A DNA stretch of 32,000 nt, from positions 1,836-33,835 of the forward strand of contig JBHLKY010000030.1 in NCBI GenBank assembly GCA_048886185.1, given 5' to 3'. Position 1 is the first letter of the stretch; each line of letters starts with the position of its first letter. The stretch is from Candidatus Hermodarchaeota archaeon (GTDB lineage Archaea; Asgardarchaeota; Heimdallarchaeia; Hodarchaeales; Hodarchaeaceae). Made by a program: the position numbers and the translations under genes. Positions 17,905 to 26,385 of this stretch are shown piece by piece. The notes under the pieces are model-generated. The model did not search any database and had not been told where the DNA came from. It worked only from the letters and a program-made list of their open reading frames with translations.

Positions 17905-19634
17905 AGGCAAAGGAAAGAATGCAAATTTCTAGGGTGTCTATGCCAAGTCAACCTCCAGAGGTACGTGTTAAGAACTTCCGTGAGGTTCCTTATGGTTACA
18001 CAGAAGAAATGGCTGTAGAAGAAGCCAACCGTTGTCTTGGATGTAAAACACCAAAATGTATCGAGGGGTGTCCTGTTCGTGTACCAATTCCAGAGTTTAT
18101 CACATTAATACAAGAAAGAAAGTTTGCAGAAGCAGCATGGAAAATTAAAGAAACAAATGTCCTCCCAGCAATATGTGGACGTGTATGTCCTCAAGAGGCA
18201 CAATGTGAGGGAAAGTGTGTTCGTACGAAAAAGGGCGAATCTGTTGCTGTTGGTAACCTTGAACGATTTGTTGCTGATTATGAACGGTTAAAAGATATTG
18301 TTCCTAAAATAAATATCGTGCAAAAAAATGGGAAAAAAGTGGCAGTTATAGGGAGTGGTCCCTCGGGGTTGACTGTTGCAGGAGATTTAATAAAATTAGG
18401 ATATGAGGTAATCATTTTTGAAGCGTTTCACCTTGGTGGTGGCGTTCTTGTTTATGGAATTCCGGAATTTCGTTTACCTAAAGCAGTTGTGGAATATGAG
18501 ATACAGAATCTTAGCAAACTAGGAGTACAAATCTCTTATAATCATGTAGTTGGCCGTATTAAAACCATTGGGGAACTATTTGCTAATGATGATTTTGATG
18601 CTGTTTATATTGGTGTTGGAGCTGGTTTACCAGTTTTTATGAATATTCCAGGGGAAAACCTTATTGGGGTCTATTCTGCCAATGAATATCTTACACGCTC
18701 AAATTTAATGAAATCATATCTTTTCCCCGAGTATAATACTCCTTTAGTAAGTGGAAAAGATGTTGTGGTCGTGGGTGGAGGGAATACTGCAATGGATGCT
18801 TCTAGAACCGCTATACGATTAGGGGCAGCTAATGTTTACCTTGTCTATCGTCGCTCAAGAGAACAGATGCCTGCGCGAACATTGGAGGTACATCACGCTG
18901 AAGAAGAGGGAATTCAATTCAAACTTTTATCTAATCCTGTTGAGATCATTGGTGACGAAAAAGGTCGAGTTAAAGCAGTTACTTGTCAAAGATATCGTCT
19001 TGGAGAACCAGATAAATCTGGAAGAGCTCGTCCTATACCAATAGAAGGTGAGTTCTTTGAGCTAAAAACTGATTTAGTCATTATAGCTGTCGGAACGGGG
19101 GCGAATCCTCTAATCACAGCCACAACACCAGATCTAGAAACTAATAAGTGGGGGTATCTCGTAGCAGACGAGATGGGCCGTACTAGTAAACCATTTGTAT
19201 ATGCAGGTGGCGACATTGTTACAGGAACAGCAACTGTAATTTCAGCAATGGGGGCGGGTCGTCGAGCAGCTCAAGCAATACATGAGGATCTCTTTCCAGT
19301 GGTCAAGGAAGAACCCGAAAGAATTCGAATAGTTTCCGAGATTATACAAGTAAAAGAAGCCATAATACATCCTGAATCTACAACAATGAAAATTATATTA
19401 GCCAATACATCAGGAAGAGATCTCAAGAATCTAAAAATTGTTGTTTCACATCTCTTTGATTTGTTTGAAGAACCCTTATTTAATACATCTGTCTCAAGCT
19501 GGCCATCAAATGAAGAGCTGGAACTTGATTGTCCCCGAATTCATAAAAATGAAAAAGAATATCTTTTATCCATAAGAGATTTAGACAGAAAATTGTTATC
19601 AAAGCGACTTGTTGCTGAAGAACTAATGAAGTAA
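17901..19634 (+). CDS. nfnB: NfnB/SudA (GltD family) flavoprotein with an extra ~105-aa C-terminal domain
   Basis: EANRCLGC...CIEGCP, CGRVCPQEAQCE, GSGPSG, YGIPEFRLP, GGGNTAMD, YRR and AGGDIVTG. The core ends near HEDL; an extra domain follows. Confidence 0.93.
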   Translation: MKAKERMQISRVSMPSQPPEVRVKNFREVPYGYTEEMAVEEANRCLGCKTPKCIEGCPVRVPIPEFITLIQERKFAEAAWKIKETNVLPAICGRVCPQEAQCEGKCVRTKKGESVAVGNLERFVADYERLKDIVPKINIVQKNGKKVAVIGSGPSGLTVAGDLIKLGYEVIIFEAFHLGGGVLVYGIPEFRLPKAVVEYEIQNLSKLGVQISYNHVVGRIKTIGELFANDDFDAVYIGVGAGLPVFMNIPGENLIGVYSANEYLTRSNLMKSYLFPEYNTPLVSGKDVVVVGGGNTAMDASRTAIRLGAANVYLVYRRSREQMPARTLEVHHAEEEGIQFKLLSNPVEIIGDEKGRVKAVTCQRYRLGEPDKSGRARPIPIEGEFFELKTDLVIIAVGTGANPLITATTPDLETNKWGYLVADEMGRTSKPFVYAGGDIVTGTATVISAMGAGRRAAQAIHEDLFPVVKEEPERIRIVSEIIQVKEAIIHPESTTMKIILANTSGRDLKNLKIVVSHLFDLFEEPLFNTSVSSWPSNEELELDCPRIHKNEKEYLLSIRDLDRKLLSKRLVAEELMK

Positions 19635-19757
19635 GTAATACAAGTTGGTTATTAGTGGTTATAAGGGAAACTGTTTAGAGACAACCGATGACTTTAATTT
19701 ATTTTGATCTTTTTTGCCACTTATAGATAGAATGTTTGAATCATTTATTTTAGTTAC

Positions 19758-20177
19758 TTAATCTTCTTTTGATTTTAGTGAGAGGGATTCTAAGGAGTTG
19801 AAAGCGGCTAAAATATCGTAGGATGTTATTATCCCTACCAAATTATTGCTAACGGGATTTATTACAGGAATTCTTTTTATTCTATATTTAGACATTAGCT
19901 TTAACGCGTCTTTAACGGTTTCTTCTGAAGAAATTGTAATAAGGTTTTTTGTTGCAATGTCCCCTGCTTTGACTGTACAAGGATCATTACAATTTAGCAC
20001 AACTCTTGCGATAATATTTTGTTTTGTTATTATTCCAAGATTTTTTTGATCTTTATAAACCAACACTGAACCTACTTTTTTTTCGACCATTAATTGAGCT
20101 ACCTTCTCAACACTTTCATTGGGATTAACAGCTACAATCTCTTTCGTCATAAAATCTTTTACTTTAGTTCTATTCAC
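19758..20177 (-). CDS. Stand-alone CBS-pair protein
   Basis: KVKDFMTKEIV, VGSVLV, GIIT, IKRIPV and LVGIITSYDIL: two CBS repeats; GTG start. Confidence 0.93.
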   Translation of the reverse strand: MNRTKVKDFMTKEIVAVNPNESVEKVAQLMVEKKVGSVLVYKDQKNLGIITKQNIIARVVLNCNDPCTVKAGDIATKNLITISSEETVKDALKLMSKYRIKRIPVINPVSNNLVGIITSYDILAAFNSLESLSLKSKED

Positions 20178-20188
20178 GACATAACTTC

Positions 20189-21217
20189 CTATCCTTGAAT
20201 TCTTTTTAGCATTATTGTTTCATTTTCGTCTTCAATTTTAAGGAAATAGATCATACCAGTTCCTTCAGAGGGTTCAAATTCAAAGGAAATGATTTCTTTT
20301 GGGGCCCATTTTCTTATTTCTGAAATAAGGACATCTTTTCCGAAAAATCCATGTGATTCATATATTTTGAGAAGAACATTTTCTAAAATGGTTGAACTAA
20401 TGTTACGAACTGTGATACGAATGATTTTTTTGTCTTTAGGGGATTCAACTTGAATAATTTTTACACGTTTTGGTTCTGGTTTTAAGATTTCCTCTTTTTT
20501 ACTATCTGAAATCTCCTGTTGTTTTATTGTAGGTATTAAAAATCTTAATTTTTCTGGCCTTTTAGGTACTGAAGGGATACTAGGTTTCTGAAATTGATAG
20601 CTTTCTGAATTTGGTTTTTGCTCCAGTTCATTTTCTTTTAATTGTGCTTTAAGCTTTGTAATGGGGATTTTCGGAATTAAAGAATGATATTTACTCTCAA
20701 GGAGTTCTCTGATGTGTTTAGACCTTTCTATGACTTCTGGCTCTTTACTTTCCTCAAGTATATCTTCAATGAGGAAACGCAATCTTAAACTGACGTGATA
20801 ATTTTCGAGGGTTATTTTAAATTGGTACAATATTTCCTGAGCGATAAAAGAAACCGATGAAGGGGCCTTGACGATCAAAATAAATCTATCAAGTTGCCAT
20901 TTGGCAGATTCCATTCCTGAGCGTCTTTTAATTCTACGTGTTTCACAAAAAGATATTGTAGCACAGTAAATAACATCTCCTATCTCAAGATCGATGCTGG
21001 TAAACTTATCTGTATCTAGGAATTTTTCCTGGTGCCACCATACTGGATGAATGGATAATATTTGTTTTTCATTTTCATCGGTCAATAATTCTTCTGGATA
21101 TCCAAATAGTGGGACATGGCCTCTAATTTCGTCAAAAAAATAGAGAAAGAATCCATACGAATTGTCGCTGGCTAAAGAAACAATATTTTTTGTTGAGGGG
21201 ATATCCCCGTTACTCAT
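20189..21217 (-). CDS. Longin/uDENN-like N-terminal domain plus C-terminal beta-sandwich-like domain
   Basis: GFFLYFFDEIRGHVPLFGYPE start. Colinear similarity to 21697..22644 in both domains. Low-complexity Pro/Lys/Glu linker. AAGGAG SD. Confidence 0.65.
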   Translation of the reverse strand: MSNGDIPSTKNIVSLASDNSYGFFLYFFDEIRGHVPLFGYPEELLTDENEKQILSIHPVWWHQEKFLDTDKFTSIDLEIGDVIYCATISFCETRRIKRRSGMESAKWQLDRFILIVKAPSSVSFIAQEILYQFKITLENYHVSLRLRFLIEDILEESKEPEVIERSKHIRELLESKYHSLIPKIPITKLKAQLKENELEQKPNSESYQFQKPSIPSVPKRPEKLRFLIPTIKQQEISDSKKEEILKPEPKRVKIIQVESPKDKKIIRITVRNISSTILENVLLKIYESHGFFGKDVLISEIRKWAPKEIISFEFEPSEGTGMIYFLKIEDENETIMLKRIQG

Positions 21218-21250
21218 GACTACGCCTTTCTCCTTTATTCTAAAATCTAA

Positions 21251-21454
21251 TCAATCTAAGCTGATTTTAAAGGATTTCTCTCTATTTATCACATTTACAC
21301 AAAATTTCGATTTTAATCTTTTTTGTTTTTCATGAGAGATTATGGAGAAATCATCCGACAATAATATGGGAGTTAATGAAAAAGGGATCTGATGACAATA
21401 ATCAGGTAAGATTGACAATAAAAGCTCTTTTATTTGCTTATTGTCTAAAATCAA
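21251..21454 (-). CDS. Possible small hypothetical protein, 67 aa
   Basis: TTG-start ORF preceded by AAGGGG, filling part of the gap between two co-oriented paralogs. No motif. Confidence 0.3.
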   Translation of the reverse strand: MILDNKQIKELLLSILPDYCHQIPFSLTPILLSDDFSIISHEKQKRLKSKFCVNVINREKSFKISLD

Positions 21455-21696
21455 CCCCTTTTTTAATCCTTTTCTACATAAAAGGCATATAATGATTTAA
21501 TAGTCTTCTATAATGCTAGAGAAATATTTTTCATTTCTTCAGAGTAAAATTACGACAAAAAGGGGTAACCTCTTTACTCTATTAAACGTTTTTTCAAACA
21601 ATTTCTAGTATCATATCTTGATCATTAAAGGAACTTCAAACAATGCAAAGAATATAAATTTCTAAAGATGATTTTATCATTGGAGATATACTTAAA

Positions 21697-22644
21697 TTAA
21701 CTAGCATTAGTAGAAGCAATCTCAAGGGACTTTATGTCTATTGTTGTATTTCTACTAGTAATCTTTATCAAATACTTCCCAATTACGTCAGATTTGGAAA
21801 ATTCTAGGATTATATCTTCTTTTAAAGGCCATTCTTCAAGTTTATGCTCCCAAATAGTTTCACTAAAAAACTCTGTTCTTCTTGACACATGAATCCTTAT
21901 ATCATATAAATTTTCACTCTGATTAATTAATACTACCATTAATCTATTCTTATTTTCCTCTGTTGGTAAGACTCTCATGGTTATTTTTTGCTTAAACAAA
22001 TCCTGAGCACAAAGACTTGTCTCTACTGGAATCATGGAGGAATTGACTCGACTTGGTATTATCTCTGTGCTAAAAGGCTCTATATTTTTATTAATTCCAT
22101 AAACAAATTTTTTCCAAATATTTTTAAGGGACAATTCGATTTCTACGGCTTTTTTTAGTAATTCATCGTGTTCTCGTTTTTTGATCGGATTTAATGCCAA
22201 TTTTTCTCGTTGATATAATATCTCAAGATCTGAACCAATATCCGAATTTATTGTTGTTTTTAAATCAACAAATGCTTTAACGGGTATAGGATCACTATCT
22301 TTCCATTTTTTGATGACGATTCCATAGAGAGGGTGATCAATTGTTGACAACGATCCCTCTTGGGAATCTTCTTGAAGCTGAATAGCTGAGTAAACAAATT
22401 CTGAAAATTTTAAATCAATTCGAAAAGGAACATTTTCAATTTTCCACACACAATGAGTTTTTAGAATATTAATTTCATTTTGATTTTTTTTCAATTTTGA
22501 TGGGTATGAAAAGAGGATACGAAGGCCATGAGTAGTATCAAAAGAACACAAAAAAAATCCTATTAGGCCAACTTTTGAGTCAAAAGTTTGCTTATCGGTT
22601 GCAGGTTCAATATCAGTATCAAATACGGGATCGATATTCATCAT
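21697..22644 (-). CDS. Longin/uDENN-like N-terminal domain plus C-terminal beta-sandwich-like domain, paralog of 20189..21217
   Basis: GFFLCSFDTTHGLRILFSYP...NEINILKTHCVW matches GFFLYFFDEIRGHVPLFGYP...NEKQILSIHPVW. AAGGAG SD. Confidence 0.65.
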   Translation of the reverse strand: MMNIDPVFDTDIEPATDKQTFDSKVGLIGFFLCSFDTTHGLRILFSYPSKLKKNQNEINILKTHCVWKIENVPFRIDLKFSEFVYSAIQLQEDSQEGSLSTIDHPLYGIVIKKWKDSDPIPVKAFVDLKTTINSDIGSDLEILYQREKLALNPIKKREHDELLKKAVEIELSLKNIWKKFVYGINKNIEPFSTEIIPSRVNSSMIPVETSLCAQDLFKQKITMRVLPTEENKNRLMVVLINQSENLYDIRIHVSRRTEFFSETIWEHKLEEWPLKEDIILEFSKSDVIGKYLIKITSRNTTIDIKSLEIASTNAS

Positions 22645-22917
22645 TTCTCCTTATGTTTCTAATTTATTGAAAAGAAATAATCCTTTTGAAATAGTTTACT
22701 CTCGTAAGTGTTAAACCTTTTCCACTTCAAAAGTTTTATTAAATAGTTTAAAAGCATGTTTAATAACGTAACAAGATTTTTAGTGACCATCTGATATTTT
22801 TAATGTGGTTTTACAGCTCAACTATAGAAAAATCTATTTAATTATCGATAAAAACCTACTATTGTAGCATAGTAACACTATTTTTCCCCAAAACTACTAC
22901 AGAAAATCCATTATCCT

Positions 22918-24837
22918 ATGAAACAAAATTTTTTAGTATATTCTCATTTACTCACATCAGTAGAAACAATTCATCAAATAACTTTGGAACGTTTGGAGAA
23001 GAACATTTTGAGTACACAAGTGTGGGATCTCATTGTAGTGGGAGGTGGGCCTGCTGGTCTTTCTGGTGCTATTCGTGCTGCAGAATTAGGCCTTCATGTC
23101 CTTGTCCTCGAGGCACGTTCTGGAGTCGCTACCGCAGGTAGTATGGTTGTGGATGGGTATCCTGGCTTTTTTAGTATTACTCGCCAAGAACTACTAGATA
23201 AGATGGCTAAACAGGCGAAATATCATGCGACCATTAAGTATGCAGAGAAAGTTAGTAAACTTGAACTTCACGATCCTGTAAAAAGAGTTTACACACAGGT
23301 GACCAAAGGAGAGTTCTTCACCGAAGAGTTCATATATGACAGTAGGGCTATATTAATCGCTACTGGGGTTCAACCAAGGAAACTTGATATTCCCGGTGAA
23401 GGAAAATTCTGGAATCGTGGTGTATATTACTCTCTTCCAGACGAAGATTACTCGGAAAAAAATGTTGCTATTATAGGGCATACAGCTTGGGCGGTTAGAA
23501 ATGCACTTCATTATGATGCCATGGGCGCTCATGTTTACCTGATTACAAATAAGGAGGCAATTGATGTTCATCCTGCACTCATGAGAAGATTAAATGAGAG
23601 CTTTATTGAAGTTTTATACTCACATGAAATATTGTATTTTGAAGGTACAAATAAGTTAACTAAAACACGTCTTAAAAGTAGAGATGGAAAACAGTTTTCT
23701 ATCCTTACTAACATGGTATTGATCTTAAGTAGCAAGAGTACAAATCGTGAATTATTCCTAGATGCTGGTTTAGAGACTACACCTCAAGGAAATATTATTG
23801 TTTCATCACCCAATCAGAACACAAATATCCCTGGTGTTTTTGCTGCCGGTAGTGCTATAAGAGGTGATTCAGTTGTGGGTGTGGGGGCTGCTGAAGGTAT
23901 AAAAGCTGCAGAAGAAATATCTAAATATTTAGCTAGAATAGATGAAGAAAAGGAGGCTGAAGAACAACAAGAAAAGCCATCTCCTGTTCCTAGGTTCGTT
24001 GAAGGCAAATGTGTGATAGTTGAGAAAGAAGATCTTTCTCCAGAAATAGTCAAGTGGGTAGTTGAGGCACCTTTAATTGCAAAGAAAACTCAACCAGGCC
24101 AATTTGTGATTCTCAGAGTAGATGCAAACGGAGAACGAATTCCTTTAACTATAGCAGATAATGACAAAAACGCTGGGACGATAACTTTGATTTTTCAAAA
24201 AGTCGGAAAAAGTACTAAATTAATGGGAACCATGAAAACAGGTGATCATATTCTTAATCTTCTAGGTCCCTTGGGAAAACCCGTTGAAATTGAGAAATGG
24301 GGTACGGTGGCTGTTTTAGGTGGTGGTTGTGGTGTTGCCCCAGTACTACCTAAAGCTAAAGCACTTAAAGAGCGGGGGAATTATGTTGTGAGCATTATTT
24401 CAGCTAGAACTTCATCACTCTTGATTTGTCGTCAAGAGATGCAAGAAGCAAGTGATGAAATTCACATTGCTACTGATGATGGAACCTTAGGTCATCATGG
24501 GTTTGGACTTGATATCTTAAAACGTTTTGTGGAAGAAGGAAGACAGATAGATCATGTTGTAGCAGTTGGTCCTATTCCTATGATGAAATTCACTTGTGCT
24601 TTCACTAAAGAACATAACATTCCAACAACTGTTAGTTTAGCACCTATCATGGTAGATGGGACTGGAATGTGTGGCTCTTGTCGCGTGACTGTGGGTGGTG
24701 AGATTAAGTTTGCCTGTGTTGATGGTCCAAACTTTGATGGATTAAAAGTGGATTTTGAAGAATTAACCCTCAGATCAAGGGCTTATCTCTACGAGGAGCG
24801 AATTTCAACAGAAAAAATGGCTCGTGAGAAATCTTAG
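22918..24837 (+). CDS. nfnA: Fusion of a TrxB-like FAD oxidoreductase domain lacking CxxC with an NfnA/SudB domain (start may be TTG 23008)
   Basis: N-half: DLIVVGGGPAG, ILIATG, IPGE, TNIPGVFAAG. C-half: QPGQFV...ERIPLTIAD, GGGCGVAP, GPIPMM, MVDGTGMCGSCR, CVDGPNF. GGAG SD lies upstream of in-frame TTG 23008. Confidence 0.88.
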   Translation: MKQNFLVYSHLLTSVETIHQITLERLEKNILSTQVWDLIVVGGGPAGLSGAIRAAELGLHVLVLEARSGVATAGSMVVDGYPGFFSITRQELLDKMAKQAKYHATIKYAEKVSKLELHDPVKRVYTQVTKGEFFTEEFIYDSRAILIATGVQPRKLDIPGEGKFWNRGVYYSLPDEDYSEKNVAIIGHTAWAVRNALHYDAMGAHVYLITNKEAIDVHPALMRRLNESFIEVLYSHEILYFEGTNKLTKTRLKSRDGKQFSILTNMVLILSSKSTNRELFLDAGLETTPQGNIIVSSPNQNTNIPGVFAAGSAIRGDSVVGVGAAEGIKAAEEISKYLARIDEEKEAEEQQEKPSPVPRFVEGKCVIVEKEDLSPEIVKWVVEAPLIAKKTQPGQFVILRVDANGERIPLTIADNDKNAGTITLIFQKVGKSTKLMGTMKTGDHILNLLGPLGKPVEIEKWGTVAVLGGGCGVAPVLPKAKALKERGNYVVSIISARTSSLLICRQEMQEASDEIHIATDDGTLGHHGFGLDILKRFVEEGRQIDHVVAVGPIPMMKFTCAFTKEHNIPTTVSLAPIMVDGTGMCGSCRVTVGGEIKFACVDGPNFDGLKVDFEELTLRSRAYLYEERISTEKMAREKS

Positions 24838-24851
24838 GAGGAACTAGAAAT

Positions 24852-26270
24852 ATGTCAACAAAAAAATCAAAAAGACAAAGAGTTCACATGCAAGCCCAAG
24901 ACCCTGCCGAGCGAATTCGAAACTTTGAAGAGGTAACTTTAGGGTACACAGAGAGTGAGGCGATAGAGGAAGCTTCTCGCTGTCTCCAGTGTAAACGCCC
25001 ACGCTGTATCCAAGGATGCCCTGTTAGTGTGCGAATACCCGAGTTCATTTTAAAGTTAAGGGAGGGTGATATTGATACGGCAAAAGAAATAATTTTATCT
25101 ACAAATAGTCTACCTGCCATCACGGGACGAGTTTGTCCGCAAGAAAATCAATGTCAGGAGTTCTGCATTCACCCTAATGCAATAAGTATCGGTGCACTCG
25201 AAAGATTTGTTGCTGATCATGGAAAACGACCTGAAGTCTCCTCTCGTGAGAAATATCCAACTAAGGTTGCAGTAGTTGGATCTGGTCCATCGGGATTGAC
25301 TTGTGCAGCTGAGTTAGCAAATCTTGGTCATGAAGTAACCGTTTATGAGGCACTACATGAGCTTGGTGGAGTTCTGAGATATGGTATTCCTGAATTTAGA
25401 ATGCCAAAGAAGATAGTGAATGAAGAAATAGATTATGTAAGAAGCTTAGGAGTTAAATTAGATACAGATATATTGATTGGAAAGACATTAACAGTCGATG
25501 AGCTTCTAAATGAAAAAGGATTCAATGCTGTATATATTGCAGCGGGTGCAGGAACCCCCAACTTTCTTGGTATCCTAGGGGAGACCTTAAGAGGTGTTTT
25601 TTCCGCAAATGAATTTTTAACTCGCGTTAATCTTCTAAAAGGGTATGAATTTCCAGAATATGACACTCCTGTAACTGTTGGAGAAAAAGTTGCTGTCGTT
25701 GGGGCAGGAAACGTAGCAATGGACTGTGCGCGAACAGCACTCCGTTTAGGAGCTCGTGAAGTCGATATTATTTATCGTCGCTCTGAAGGGGAAATACCCG
25801 CAAGATTAGAAGAAATTATCCACGCGAAAGAAGAGGGAGTTGTCATAGGGGAGCTAACATCTCCGATTGAAATGCTTGGTAATAAAAAAGGAATGATAAT
25901 TGGACTAAAGTGTATTCAAATGACTTTAGGACAATTGGATGAGTCTGGTCGTCGAAGACCAATCCCCATCCCTAACTCCGATTTTATTTTCCCTGTGGAT
26001 ACTGTGATAGTAGCCATTGGTCAGCGACCCAACCAGTTAATAGCTCAAACCACTTCAGAGCTAGAAACTACAAAATGGGGAACTATTGTACATGAAAAAG
26101 AAACAGGAAAGACTACTAAGGAACGTGTATATACTGGAGGCGATGTTGCTACTGGAGCAGCAACTGTTATTTTAGCTATGGAAGCTGGTCGAAATGCTGC
26201 TAAAGCAATTCATAAGATGATTCTTGAGAAAGATTTGGAAATTCAAACTGAGTTAATACAAACCGAATAA
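24852..26270 (+). CDS. nfnB: NfnB/SudA (GltD family) flavoprotein, second copy without the extra C-terminal domain
   Basis: EASRCLQC...CIQGCP, GRVCPQENQC, GSGPSG, YGIPEFRMP, GAGNVAMD, YRR, TGGDVATG; AGGAGG SD. Confidence 0.95.
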   Translation: MSTKKSKRQRVHMQAQDPAERIRNFEEVTLGYTESEAIEEASRCLQCKRPRCIQGCPVSVRIPEFILKLREGDIDTAKEIILSTNSLPAITGRVCPQENQCQEFCIHPNAISIGALERFVADHGKRPEVSSREKYPTKVAVVGSGPSGLTCAAELANLGHEVTVYEALHELGGVLRYGIPEFRMPKKIVNEEIDYVRSLGVKLDTDILIGKTLTVDELLNEKGFNAVYIAAGAGTPNFLGILGETLRGVFSANEFLTRVNLLKGYEFPEYDTPVTVGEKVAVVGAGNVAMDCARTALRLGAREVDIIYRRSEGEIPARLEEIIHAKEEGVVIGELTSPIEMLGNKKGMIIGLKCIQMTLGQLDESGRRRPIPIPNSDFIFPVDTVIVAIGQRPNQLIAQTTSELETTKWGTIVHEKETGKTTKERVYTGGDVATGAATVILAMEAGRNAAKAIHKMILEKDLEIQTELIQTE

Positions 26271-26385
26271 GCAAATTTAATCTAAAAATATATGTCTTAT
26301 AATCAACAGCTACCTTATATTGTGGATTAATTTAATAACCATATTCATGAGTGAATATTCCTAAAAGGTTAATTGGGTGGTGTTA

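Noticed and set aside
17901-26270. Glutamate synthase small subunits (gltD)
   Set aside because: No GltB large subunit; each copy directly follows an NfnA/SudB domain, which indicates Nfn/Sud.
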